Assembly: GCA_964016885.1 (NCBI GenBank)
Contig: OZ024745.1
Span: 76,632,001-76,696,000, forward strand
DNA: 64,000 nt
Source: Eledone cirrhosa
Lineage: Eukaryota
Direction: 5' to 3'
How positions within the stretch are numbered: the first letter of the stretch is position 1; the number at the start of each line of letters is the position of its first letter. Positions 1 through 12,367 of this stretch are shown piece by piece. The position numbers were made by a program, and so were the translations under genes. Under the pieces are notes generated by a model that had not been told where the DNA came from, searched no databases, and saw nothing but the letters and a program-made list of their open reading frames with translations.

Positions 1-240
1 AATTTACACGTACTCGTTCAGCGGATGGCCATTGCAGACTTGTGGAGTTATGTTGAACAGTTGCTTTTACAGGTAGGAAGGGTCTGTTATCAATAGAGAC
101 CATTATAAAGATCGTCTCACCGCCTTCCTTTCGCCAAGAAGGGCAGATAGATTCATTTCTATTGTCCATGGCAAAAGCGGTTGTGTGGAAGATAAGATTG
201 AAAAAGCTGAAAACAGACACTTTCTTCTTCAGCCAAGCTC
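1..240 (+). pseudogene. Degenerate 3' end of Tx1/L1-like ORF2
   Basis: Visibly similar to 58430-58680 (GACTTGTGGAGTTATGTTGAACAG vs GACCTGTGGGGCTATGTAGAACGA; ATGGCAAAAGCGGTTGTGTGG vs ATGGCGAAAGAAGTTGTATGG). Confidence 0.7.
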
Positions 241-636
241 TCACAAACATTTGCATGTTTCACTTGAAATTGAGATATGAGGATGATGTGCTGCTTTCCA
301 GGAAATTCGATGATATTTAATATTTAGACTTGAATTCTCCATTTGCTTATCCGTTTGAATTTTCATATCCCATAATACTTTTTCATTGTTGTTTTCAAAA
401 ACATATTCTAGTTTATGGTCACACTCCATCTTTGTGTGTTCAAAGAAAGATTTAGATTCTACATAGTTGCTCAAACGTTTAAAAATAGATAAGTAATTGC
501 TCACATAAATTTCTTGAAAAAGAAAGAGCATGTTAAAAATGACTGGATGATCACAGATGGATCGCCTTTGATCATTGATCTGATGGATTAGGTCAGATCT
601 AAACACCAATAAAAACGATGATCTTTTCGTTTCCAC
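241..636 (-). pseudogene. R4/Dong-like RLE endonuclease remnant
   Basis: VFENNNEKVLWDMKIQTDKQME resembles the segment preceding the RPD motif of RLE LINEs. Confidence 0.5.
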
Positions 637-741
637 TCACTAGGTTATACTCGTGAAGGAGCACATAGTAATGTGTAGACATTTTATCATAGCAGTCTTA
701 GTTTACTTTGTGGTAAAATTTAAATATAACAGCTTCTGTAG

Positions 742-822
<81 letters not shown>

Positions 823-999
823 CCACCACTACTACTACTACTGAAATATTTCACATTATTTTATAGTTCCATTAATGAACTGTTGAACTGTGCTTGCAAC
901 TTCCTAACTCACCGTATTTTTCTGGTCCAGTCATAACAGGTACAAATGATAACAGGTACAAATGATAACAGGTACAAATCTAAAGGTCTAGTCAGGATG

Positions 1000-1370
1000 G
1001 CGTATCTGCAAATTCATCATTAGTTCAGTATAAATGTTCTCCTTTTCACTAACCTTTAGTATTATATTTACATATACTGGGCAGCTAATTTCCACTAGTG
1101 TCTATGCCTTCTTTTCGCTGACCCATGTCACTATGTCTGGTCTGTTATGTTTGCATTTTATTGGGGTTTTGGCTAAAATACGCGACCAGTACTCGTTTAT
1201 ATGTATGCATATGCCCTCCAAATTACTGTAACATTTTAAACGTTTATTCTCAGGACTATTCTTTCTACGGATTGCATTGTATAGTGTTTTGGTCATTACA
1301 TCATGCGTCAGAGGTATGTATGTCTGTATGTACGGATCGATGTGTGTATGACAGTAAATATCAGTCATGC
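1000..1370 (-). pseudogene. R4/Dong-like RLE fragment related to the element at 8322-12331
   Basis: EYWSRILAKTPIKCKHNRPDIVTW matches EYWWNVPVKTPIKCRHNRPDIIW at 8663-9019. Confidence 0.8.
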
Positions 1371-1752
1371 TGAAGTGTGAAGCATCGAAGAAACTTTCCT
1401 TACTATGTTTTACTCGTTACTCTTTTCCCTGTATTGTATATATGTCTAAACAGAAGTCTCTAGAATGTTAGAGATGTTGAAAGTATCGATTTCCTATCAC
1501 GCACTGTACATATATCATATTTTCTTCTTTTTTCGTTTTTTTTTTCTTAATTGCTTTGTTTGCTGATATGTTTATTTGTGTCTCTTCTTCTTCTTCTTCT
1601 TCTTCTTCTTCTTCTTCTTCTTCTTCTTCTTCTTCTTCTTCTTCTTCTGTGCACTGAGTCTGTTGACATGTGTGTTGACATGTGTGTTGGTGTGCGTGTG
1701 CGTTTAGGTGGATGTTTATGCGTATGCAAGTATGAGCTAATGAATCAATGCG

Positions 1753-1853
<101 letters not shown>

Positions 1854-1999
1854 AAACAAAGAAAGAAAGAAAGTGTGGACCAGGTGGACCCTAACGCACC
1901 AGAGTAAAGTACTCGATACTTAGAGTAGTAGTGTGGGTAATAGCTGTCGAAACGGCCGGAGCTCAGCCGTCGAGGTCCTGACTCTTTTCCTATATATAT

Positions 2000-2105
<106 letters not shown>

Positions 2106-2179
2106 TACTGTCTAGATGTAAGTTTATTTAAAACTATCTTTTCTTCTACTCTCTTCAAGGTTCTAATAAACATATATAC

Positions 2180-2800
2180 TCTTCACCCACCTATTCCTGA
2201 GAGGGTCATGGGAGCAGCGTCTTCAGACACTCCTTCCAGCGGGTCATGTCAGAAGCAACTATCTCCAACGGATTCGGCTGGATACCCAAGTGAGACCAGC
2301 CTAGCTCATGAATGTTATCCAACCATCTTGTTTAGGGTCTCCCTCTCAGTCTCCTATGGTTGCCCGTAAATTCTCTCCACCGATTCTTTCCTGAGACATT
2401 CTAACCTCATGCTCATTGTCGCGGCGCTGTGATCTTTTAATTCGGAGAAGTAGCGGCTCTACCTGGAGTAACTCTTTGATCTCCGAGATACGCACTCTAT
2501 CGAGTAACGTTACTCCGGAACCCCTCGGATGAATCCCATTTTATCCGCTTGTATTTCCGATTGTATTCTTTCGGTCATTACCCAAGATTCATGACCATAG
2601 GGAAGTGTTGGCACGAATACCGAACTGAAGATAGCGAGTTTGGCTTTTACACCTATCTCCCTTCTGATTACTGAACACTGAAGCTGGTGCATTACTGCAC
2701 CAGCTCCTGCAATTCTTGCACTTGATTCAGCCTCTTCTATCATTCGAGGACACGACCCCAAGATACTTGAACTTCCCTACCTGCTTCAAAGGAATTCCAT
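2180..2800 (-). pseudogene. RTE-clade LINE 3' fragment
   Basis: KAKLAIFSSVFVPTLPYGHESWVMTERIQSEIQA is typical of the post-RT region of RTE/Expander-like elements. Confidence 0.7.
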
Positions 2801-2857
2801 TCCAGCACTGATTTTCATTCTACAATTAATATATACCTTTGTTTTAGTGAAATCCCA

Positions 2858-2968
2858 TGGTTTGGTGGCTAGAGAGTTGGATTCACAATAGTGAGGTTGC
2901 GAGTTCGATTCTCTGACCGGGCGATGCGTTGTGTCGTTGAGCAAGGCACTTTATTTCACGTTGCTCCT
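2858..2968 (+). mobile_element. tRNA-derived SINE 5' part
   Basis: A-box-like TGGTTTGGTGG, B-box GAGTTCGATTC, then TGTGTCGTTGAGCAAGGCACTT; a related minus-strand copy lies at ~43640-43760. Confidence 0.65.
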
Positions 2969-4431
2969 TCTGCCAGGTCTTGCGACCGGTAGATAGGATC
3001 ATCAATGGACAACATTACTTCCTTGGTCTGATTTGACGAGGTCCACCCCACTCGGGAAGCGAATGAGGTCTCGGATCTTGTCGATTGATCAGAGCGATAT
3101 ATATTGAGAATTTATTTAAATTTTGTCTCCGTCCATTTTTAACTAAGAATATTCTATGTATAGATTTAATTTTTTTCTCAAAAAGCGTATTCATTCATAT
3201 TTAGTTAGAGTGACTTATATGAAATCTATATTCAAATATTCAACATCCGTTTAAATCAACAATCTAAGAAATGAATGGAAAGTTAGGCTTAACATTTGAA
3301 TATTTTTCATTAATAATATTTGGAAACTGTACACAATTTTCATGAAAGCTATTACTTTAAAAAGATGGAAACCATATATTAAATTAAGTAAACAACAGGG
3401 GGAAATGTCATTGAAAACACGCAAAACATGCAAAACACGCATACCAACATGTGTTGTTATAATGTGCCTCATTTTTTTGCCCCTATGACAAATATAAAAT
3501 TCATTATTATTGGATATCAGTCCTTGCTGTTTGATTTTTTTAATGTCAATTTTTTTTGTTAACTTATGTTATTAATATGTTAACTTATTTTATTAATATG
3601 TTATTTTATTATGTTATTTTATGTTTATTTTATTGTTATTCTAAGAAATCGGAGCGAAACTGATTTGTCATTCATATATCTTCCTTGTGTAGGCGAAGAA
3701 ATTTCTTATTTGTTATTTTTTTCTGTTTTTTTTTTCGGTTTTACTTGCTGCAGAATTTCTTTTAAAATATGGTTATAGAGGTGACAGAAAGAAATGATTC
3801 TCAAATGGTAAGAGCAAACTTATTTCGGAGAATAGTTGTAGAAAATAGAAATATTTTATGCATGGATAATGTTTTTCAAAAACTATCGTTTTTTCAATCG
3901 CACTATACCTTTTTAATAAGGTCCACTTTTCCAAGGAGGGTATGTGTGTATGTGATATAGCAAGCGTGTGTGTATGAGTGTGTGTGAGCGTACTATATAT
4001 TGGTAGAAATATTGTGTGTTACAAATAGATAATACGGTACTGATTTTACCATCTTTGCCTGGCATAAAAGAGTAGCCATAATCAAGCGGTTTTAAGACAA
4101 ATCAAGACAAACTCGTTATCTTCCGGTAATTATCTTATCAATACACGAAAGGAATTTTATTTCACGGGGAGATTTTCGAAATATAATGACCATGTTTGTC
4201 GACATAAGTTACTAATTAATTAGCAAATTGTTATAGATAACTACAATAGCATTTCAATAAATCGAAACGATCGTAGAAATGAATAAATGATTTGAACTCC
4301 ATCAAGACTTTCCACCTGAATCGTATATATATATATGTGTGTGTGTGGGGGAAGGGGTCTGTATATATATGTATATATATGTATATATATGTATATATAT
4401 GTATATATATACATATATACAGTATATATGA

Positions 4432-4521
<90 letters not shown>

Positions 4522-4883
4522 AACGCAAAAAATGAAACGAAATTTCATTTCTCACTCTTAGTACGGCTGTTACTTAAATATAAGTATGTATACGGTTTAA
4601 TTCAGGATGCTTGTTTACAAACACACCGAGCATTATAATAAATGTTCGGTGAATCCATACGTACATATATATATGTGTGCATGTATGTATATATATATAT
4701 ATACATACTACTGTACGTCTGTATACATATATGTATGTACGTATACATACTTATATATATATGGTTTGTATTGAGTACCTTTCTTACTGTGGTTACCCCC
4801 GATTGAACCCGGAATAACATATATATATATATATATATATAAGCATCCAGCCTCTACAATTTTCGGCAAAGGTAGGCGAGTGC

Positions 4884-4929
4884 TAGGCTCTGATGAACCC
4901 CAACAGTGTGAAACAGATCTGTCAGCTTA
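4884..4929 (+). ncRNA. Type I hammerhead ribozyme motif
   Basis: TAGGCT-CTGATGA-ACCCCAACAGTGT-GAAA-CAGATCTG-TC-AGCTTA: helix I pairs, palindromic helix III, GUC site, one mismatch in helix II. Confidence 0.8.
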
Positions 4930-5050
4930 TCTCCATTCCTTTGCTGAAAAAGTAAGTGACATAGTCACTACTTTAAAATAATAGCGCAAGGTCTTCAAAA
5001 TGTTTTTAATTAAACATACAGTATATTGCCAAATATACTATACATACATT

Positions 5051-5213
<163 letters not shown>

Positions 5214-5558
5214 ACATACGTAAACGTCGAATTTTAGATCATATCGCATAATGTCTCATAAGGTAATCGGTGCTATAACTATATGTATATGAGAATTAAA
5301 CAGCAGTTATTCTACCCAAAAGAAATATCGAATATTTACCACAAGTTTGCTTGCGGTACATCTAGAAGTTGCTGAGTCTATTCACCTCGTCTGGTACTAG
5401 TGAACTAGAAGCAATCTCTTTCGTATATATTATATGTATGTATGTATGCATATCTGACATATTTCAAATCTCTTCTACGTCACATACACACACAAATACA
5501 CACACACAAAACACGCAACGTACACAACAAACACACACATATATATATATATATATAT

Positions 5559-5968
5559 ACAATATTAAATAAATGGAAAACTATATTTATAAAACCATAT
5601 TTATTTCATTATATATATTTCGGGGATATCATATTAACAATATGCTATGCCTTCATCAGACAAAATACAATATAAACAGTTTTATAGATAAATATATTCG
5701 ACATACCGTAATAAACATCAACTTCATTTGAAGAGGTTTACTCTAGCAGTATGTCGAATATATTTATCTATAAAACTGTTTATATTGTATTTTGTCTGAT
5801 ATTGTTAATATGATATCCCCGAAATATATATAATGAAATAAATATGGTTTTATAAATATAGTTTTCCATTTATTTAATATTGTAAATATACTCCAAATAT
5901 TTGTCGAGTGCTTTTATATCAATTATAAATATTTACTAGTTGTAACCCAACAATTTTAAATATAACTT

Positions 5969-5971
<3 letters not shown>
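5559..5971. mobile_element. Non-coding inverted-repeat element between (TA)n tracts (arms 5559-5706 / 5749-5883)
   Basis: Arms are near-exact reverse complements; the same family occurs at 45135-45545 and 46839-47070. Confidence 0.85.
5602..5667 (-). ncRNA. Type I hammerhead ribozyme motif
   Basis: rc: TATTTTGT-CTGATGA-long helix II-GAAA-TATATA-TA-ATGAAATA; the plus-arm copy has lost part of the core. Confidence 0.75.
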
Positions 5972-6023
<52 letters not shown>

Positions 6024-6659
6024 TGTTCGTACGCAGACATAGGATCTCTTATTTACCAATGAAATAGCTTCCTGAATAGAAGCAAAAGTGTTATGGCGAT
6101 GATGGCGACTATCATGGTCTTATACTAATAATGGAGATGGTACTGAGGTTACAGGTGATGTCTGACATAGTAGGTGGTGTTTAAAGTGGACATAAGAATG
6201 ATGATAAGGTGGATGAGAAGGAGTTGGTGATTGTAGTGGAGAGGAAGGATAATGATGGAGGATGGTGTTGGAAAAGGCGAGGATGGTGATGATGATGATG
6301 ATGATGCAGAGGGGGAGCGGGAAGGAGAAGGAAAAAGGAAAAGGCGGGTTGGGGGAGGAGAAGAGGACTAATATGATGATGATTAAGTGATGATTAAGAG
6401 TAGGAGTCAGATTTGAATAAATAGAAGTAGAATAGAGGAATATGCAGAGATCACAGATGTAATTTTCATTAACCTTTGTATATTTTCTGGCAAGAATTAC
6501 CAAAGGTATTCTGTTAATTTTCCAAAATTTAATAGGAGAGTAATTATCCTCATTTCCATTAATATTCGCTTCCTATTTATTGTTTACTATTATCATCACT
6601 GTTACCACTAACAACTTAAAATTATCAGAATATATTATTATTATTATTATTATTATCAT

Positions 6660-6872
6660 TGGTGGGTTGGCAGCAGCGTCGGACAAAACGCTTTTCAGTA
6701 TTTAGTTACATTCCTTTACGTTCTGAGTTCAAATCCCGCCGATGTTAGCTTTGCCTTTCATCCTTACAGGGTCGATAAAATAAAGTACCAGTAATGCACT
6801 GGGGTAGATTTAATCGACTTTCCCCTTCCTCAAAATTGCTGGCCTTGTGCCTAAAGTAGAAATAATTATTAT
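6660..6872 (+). mobile_element. Abundant tRNA-derived SINE (octopus-type)
   Basis: B-box GAGTTCAAATCC, conserved GGGTCGATAAAATAAAGTACCAG body, (ATT)n tail; many copies in this window. Confidence 0.8.
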
Positions 6873-6877
6873 TATGA

Positions 6878-7100
6878 GTGGGTACCTGAGTCGTCCCTCA
6901 GTGGTTCGCTCCCACATATTGAGGAATTTATTTTGTTAGATTTTATATATTTTATATTTTTATATAATTTTATATATGTTCATTGTTAATTGTTTTGTTA
7001 TTGTGTAATTTTACTCGATTTAATTGTAAACACCCACTGTCCCTGTTTTTGTATTGTCCCTTACATATGGGTCCTAGTGGCCAATAAAGAAATCATTATT
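6878..7100 (+). mobile_element. 3' UTR fragment of a Tx1/L1-like LINE
   Basis: Resembles 58900-59059 (..TGTATTGTCCC..GTGGCCAATAAAGAAAT vs ..TGTATTTGTCCC..GTGGCAAATAAATAGAAAT). Confidence 0.55.
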
Positions 7101-7820
7101 ATTATTATTAGTCATTGTTATTTTTTGTTGTGTGTTGTTATTGTTTGTTATTCTACTATTGCCATTGCTAATCATTATTGTTATTATAATTGTAGGCTCG
7201 AAGCTTAGAACCTAAGTATTTCTATCGTTTGTATAAAGTTCTGTTATACTATCTACTTCCCCTCAATTAAGTAGAAATATTTCACATCAGTTTGCTGATA
7301 TTTTGAAATATATGATCATGCTCTAAAGAAAAGTGAAAAAGATTTGAAATGGAAAAATGCATAAAATGGTAAATCACCCATAGCAGATATCTAAAATTTT
7401 GAAGTGGGTAAGATATTTCACAATCATCATTCCCTATTCTATGTGTATCTCATTGTCATTGAATCATTTCAGAGAGTTCATATTGTTTATGCAGTCCTTT
7501 CTCTTTCTGTCTTTCTCCCCACCTTCTCCCTCTGCCCCATTCTTTTGCTTTCCGTATCAGTCTCTTCTCTGGCTGTATCAAATAATGGGAAACAACAAGA
7601 GGTTCAATCGAGAGGGTGAAGATTTTTTAGGAGAAATAATATATATATATATATATATATGATTAAAAGTTTAACAAGGTTCATTGAATTAATCAATGAA
7701 TAAAGTTTCACAATAGATTAGAAGCACTCTACAAGAAGGTTTTCTATTAATATTTTGAAGTAATATATATATATATATATATTTAATTACATAATAATTA
7801 CATAATAAACATCACAATAT

Positions 7821-7880
7821 AATTATTTAATTACCGAAGGTTTCGAGAAACATCTAGCTCGTTCGTCAGACAAAACAATT
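7821..7880 (-). ncRNA. Type I hammerhead ribozyme motif inside a small foldback (7781-7920)
   Basis: rc: AATTGTTTTGT-CTGACGA-AC-GAG..CTC-GAAA-CCTTCGG-TA-ATTAAATAATT. Confidence 0.65.
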
Positions 7881-8321
7881 ATGAAATAATTATATTGTGT
7901 TGATTATTATGTAATTAAATACTTCTGTACTATACATAGAACACTCTTCTTTCCTTTACATTTTCTACGGAAATACTTAATACACACACGCGTGTATGTG
8001 AGTGTGTGTGTATGTTTGTGCATGTTTGTTTGAAGTCACATGAAAGGATAACCACCTGCAACAGCACTCAACAAAGTGTTTAGAACTAGTTGTGGACTAA
8101 AAAAACACACGGTGGTACATAAAGATTGTATCCCACAGGGTGTTCCCACCGGTCCTGTGGGAAGCACAACTCTCTTCTGTCACCTGTCTCGTAAATCATG
8201 CAGATCTACAGCTGGCCTACAAAGTCATCTACAAAGTCATGGACACAGATGGGATGATAACGAAGACTCAATAAGAGACGGCAATCATCTGTGAAGACGC
8301 TGCAATCCTCAAGTATGTATG

Positions 8322-11300
8322 TTCTTCTGGTTTTATAATTTCACAAAGTTTTACCAAGAGAGAGAGAGTCGGTTTCTAACATAGACACAAGACTCTCTCA
8401 TTGGAATTTACACAACATCAACTAGGTAGATATGTATGTATGTATGCATGTGTAGATATGGATGTTATTGTATGTGTGGATGTGTATGTTTTGAGTTGTA
8501 TGTGTGCATGTGTATATGTGTATATATCTGTATATGTGTAAATGCAGTTATTAGATGCAACATTTTTGGAATGTTATACATATTTTTACTGTTCCATTAA
8601 TGGATTGTACTTGTAGTTTCCTAACTAGTTGTGTTCTTTCTGTTCCTGTGAAGCCTAGCTTCTCAAGATTTGAGGCAGTTACTAACATACCCCAGTGCCC
8701 CAATAATCACAGGTATAAATCTGAAGGTGTAATCAGGGTGGAATATCTGAAGATTTTTCATCAGTTCTGCATAAATTTTCTCCTTTTCACTAATCTTTGA
8801 TATTATATTGGCATCTGCTGGGCAGCTAATTTCCACTACTGTGCATGCTTTCTTCTCCCTGTCCCATATAATATCTGGTCTGTTATGCCTGCATTTTATT
8901 GGGGTTTTTACTGGAACATTCCACCAGTACTCTTTCATATTATGTACATGGATGTCTTCCACATTGCTGTAGCTTTTAATGTGTTTATTATCGGGGCTAT
9001 CTTTTTTTAAGAACTGCATTGTACAGTATTTTGGCCACTACATCATGCCTCATAGGTAGATAGTACCGCGATGACATCTTTGGACAGCTGCTAATGACAT
9101 GGGTGATATCCTCGATGTTAGTTCTGCAGAGTCTGCACTTGTAATCACATCTAGGTGTTTTGCCTGCATCCCTATCTCTTTTGTGAATCAGGTATTTCGG
9201 GCTAATCTCCTGTTCCTGGATTGCAAAAGCGTATCCTTCAAAGTGGGAGCCAATATAGCGGTTGTTGGTCCAAGATAGACTAATTTCCTTATCTATATTA
9301 CTCTCACTCTGGGGCTTCCTGGCAACATACCCATGCATGATTTTTTGCTGATAGGCATGCAGTTTTTCATCCATGGATTCACTGCGATACTGCTGAGCAA
9401 CATCCCTGGGTGTGAGCTTTTGATTATCACACAGGGAATATCTCTCGAGGAGTCCCTTCCCAACTCTCATGATATTATCTGTTTCATGCAGATAGACTTG
9501 CTCGAGAAACGGGCTCCTACGCTTAGAGGTTCGTAGATGTTGTCGGAGAGATATGATGCGACATTCAAATGTTGTCTGGATTGATGTTAGGCCTCCGCCT
9601 CCCTGCTTACGTTTCAAGTAAAGGCGGTCTATGTCACTGTTTATGTTGTTCAGTATTTTTCGAATTCCAACATCAACTGATCGGATTTCGTCTATCGTCC
9701 AATTGAGTATTCCAAACGTTGGTGTTAGGACAGGCACAGCAAACACTGTTTTGTTTTGCGCAGAGAGTTCCGATGACCAGATCTTTCTTAATCGGGTGTA
9801 GTATTCCCTGGTTACGCGTTCTTTATTACAGATACCATTATAGGATATGTTCTCATCTATCCCCAGGTATCTGTAGCAGTCCTCATAAAATATCGGTGAA
9901 ACAGTTAGGCCATTGATGACAATGTTGCTAGATTGGGTTGTTGTTTTTCCCCGCTTTACAGTCATGTATGAGCATTTATCTTGGCCAAACTCCATTCCTA
10001 TATCCTTTGAGAATGTTGTAACCAGGTCAAGATTTTTCTTCATCCCATCCATGTTCTTGGCATAGAGTTTCAGATCGTCCACAAAGAAATTATGGGTTAG
10101 GTTCGTATTTCTGTCCTCCTGTGAGCCAATGATGTATCCCTCACATTTCTTGAGCAGAAAGGACAAGGGGTTTAATGACAAGATGAATAATATCACAGAG
10201 AGACTGTCCCCCTGAAATATATCCCTGCAATATTTTATTTTATCAGTGAAAATAGAGTCCTCCCTCTCTGTCTTTAACCTTAGGATAGTAGCCCAAGAAG
10301 AAGACAGTCTCTCTATGGCTCTGACAATAATGTCTGGGACTTTAGCAAGTTGGAGGGCCTCTATCATCCAAGAGTGGGGAACAGAATCGAAAGCTTTCCT
10401 GCAGTCCAGCCAGACTGTAGTCATATTTCTCCTAAGTTATCGCACCTCCGACATCGCAGTTTTGTCGATTAGGAGTTGTTCAGCACATCCCCAAACCCCT
10501 TTCTTTCCAGCTGCTTGTTCATCTGTGATGATGTTATTATTTTCACAGTGATCTTGGAGGAATAGGTTCAGGCAGGCTGTATACATCTTATACATCAGGT
10601 TCTGGCATGCAATGGGTCGGTAGTTTTTGCCAAGTGGGTGTCTTTGTTCTTGGGGACCAGTAATGTTTGTGCTAATGTCAACCATTCTGGTATAAGTGTA
10701 TCTCCCTTAAGAACTTGTTGGTAGAGGTCAGTAAGATACCTCCAATAGAATATCAGTTTTTTGTACCAGTAGCCAACAATCATGTCTCTTCTTGGTGTTT
10801 TCTTATCTTGGAATTTTCCTATCACAGTCTCAAGGGTACCCTCACTTATTTCGTATGTTTTTGTTGTAGTGTAGGAGCAATAGTTATTTTGATTTCTCTT
10901 AGCCACACTGCATCTTGGTTGAAATTCTTCTTTTCACCCCATATTTTTCTCCAAAAAGAATCTATGTCTTTCTGGGATGGGGCTCAGTGATACTTATTAT
11001 TTTGTTCTTCATATCTCTATAGACTGATGTTTGGTTTCGTCTGAATCTTTTATTAAGCACTTTTCTCTCATCTACCTTCTTCAGGTATCGGCGTTTTCGC
11101 TAACAGCTCTCAATTCTTATTTGGCGGTGATCAGCTTATATTGAAGAGTTCTGGTTCTACTGTTACCAAACATCGTCTCTGTTTTATTTTTCACTCTTTG
11201 TTGGTGAGGAGTGAGGTTTCTTTGTGTTTGTTTGCATTGTCACATATCCTATGTTTTTTCGTAGGTCAGCAATCTTTTTTTCTATTTTAGATATATATGA

Positions 11301-12331
11301 TGGTATTTTTGGTGGTGTTTTGTTCTTGTTAATATCTCTGCTATCACCAAGATAATGCTTCACTGTCGTTGCTAAGGCATATAAACAGGCGTTGATTTGC
11401 CAAAATGTTGGGGTTTTTATCCGTCGTAAATATTCATCCCCTATTTCGTCAATAACACGTAATATTTCATTATTTGGTTTTTTATTCACCATTGTCGTTT
11501 TAACACGTTCAGCAAGAGAGATATTTATGCATGAGTTAATTTCTCTCTGGAAGATTTCGTTGAGGGAAATTTTCAATTGTTTATACTTTTGATTATCATT
11601 ATCGATAGTATTTTCCACAACAGTCGAGGTAGACTCGGATGGTACACGTGGTGTCAAATTTCTTCGATTATTATTATTATCGATAGTATTTTCCACGGCA
11701 TTCGAGATAGACTTAGATGGTACAGGAGGTGTCAAGACGCTGTTCGACCTGGCTGCTAGGAAGTCTAGTAGCATGGCAACCTGTAGCACGTATTGTTGAT
11801 AACATGTTTGTTGTGGGGGACTTACAATTAATAATATTTATCTTATTTTTACGTTCAACAAACGTCGCTTGTTGGCGTAATTGTTTCGCTGTGAAATAAT
11901 TTAGCTCTGGGTGCATTTCGTCCCAGTGTAGCTTCATTCTATTCATATAGCCAATGGTGGGACTGTTTTTTGCCATTTTATAACAATTAAATAAATCATT
12001 ATTAAGTTCGTAACTCCAAGAGAAATGCGATTTATAATTTCGGTTTCTTCTGTAGCTACAACTGAATAAAGTTTGATAACCTTCCTTAATTTTTTTGTTG
12101 ATGTTGTGTTCAGCCATGCTGTTTGTAGCAAATCCTTGTAAAATGAATTATGTATTTAGTCGGATATCTCTACGAATTCGAATAAAAGGAGTCTTCAGAA
12201 GTGATAGTTAGAAGAATAACCAGTTATTCAACCTGGCTGTAGTTGTGGCATTACTGTCGGAGATAGTATTCATCTTAAATTTAATAAATAGTCTCCCGTG
12301 CCAAAATATACGACTGATCGCGTTGACTGTC
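8322..12331 (-). mobile_element. Near full-length R4/Dong-like non-LTR retrotransposon, copy A (frameshifted)
   Basis: ORF pieces at 11713-12117, 11184-11789, 10595-10906, 10437-10685, 8997-10424 and 8663-9019: YRPIAC, KAFDSVPH, FQGDSLS, FVDDLK, CRLC..H..C, RHD, HNRPD..VEISCP; bounded by (TATG)n. Confidence 0.92.
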
Positions 12332-12367
12332 TATGTATGTATGTATGTATGTATGTATGTATGTATG

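Noticed and set aside
4250-4281. CATTTC..GAAA-CGATCG-TA-GAAATG, HHR-like
   Set aside because: Helices I and III are present but the CUGANGA core and helix II are missing; at most a deleted remnant.
12200-12331. Possible 5' HDV-like ribozyme of the R4-like elements (also ~16480-16570)
   Set aside because: Only simple hairpins were found; I could not build the double pseudoknot by eye.
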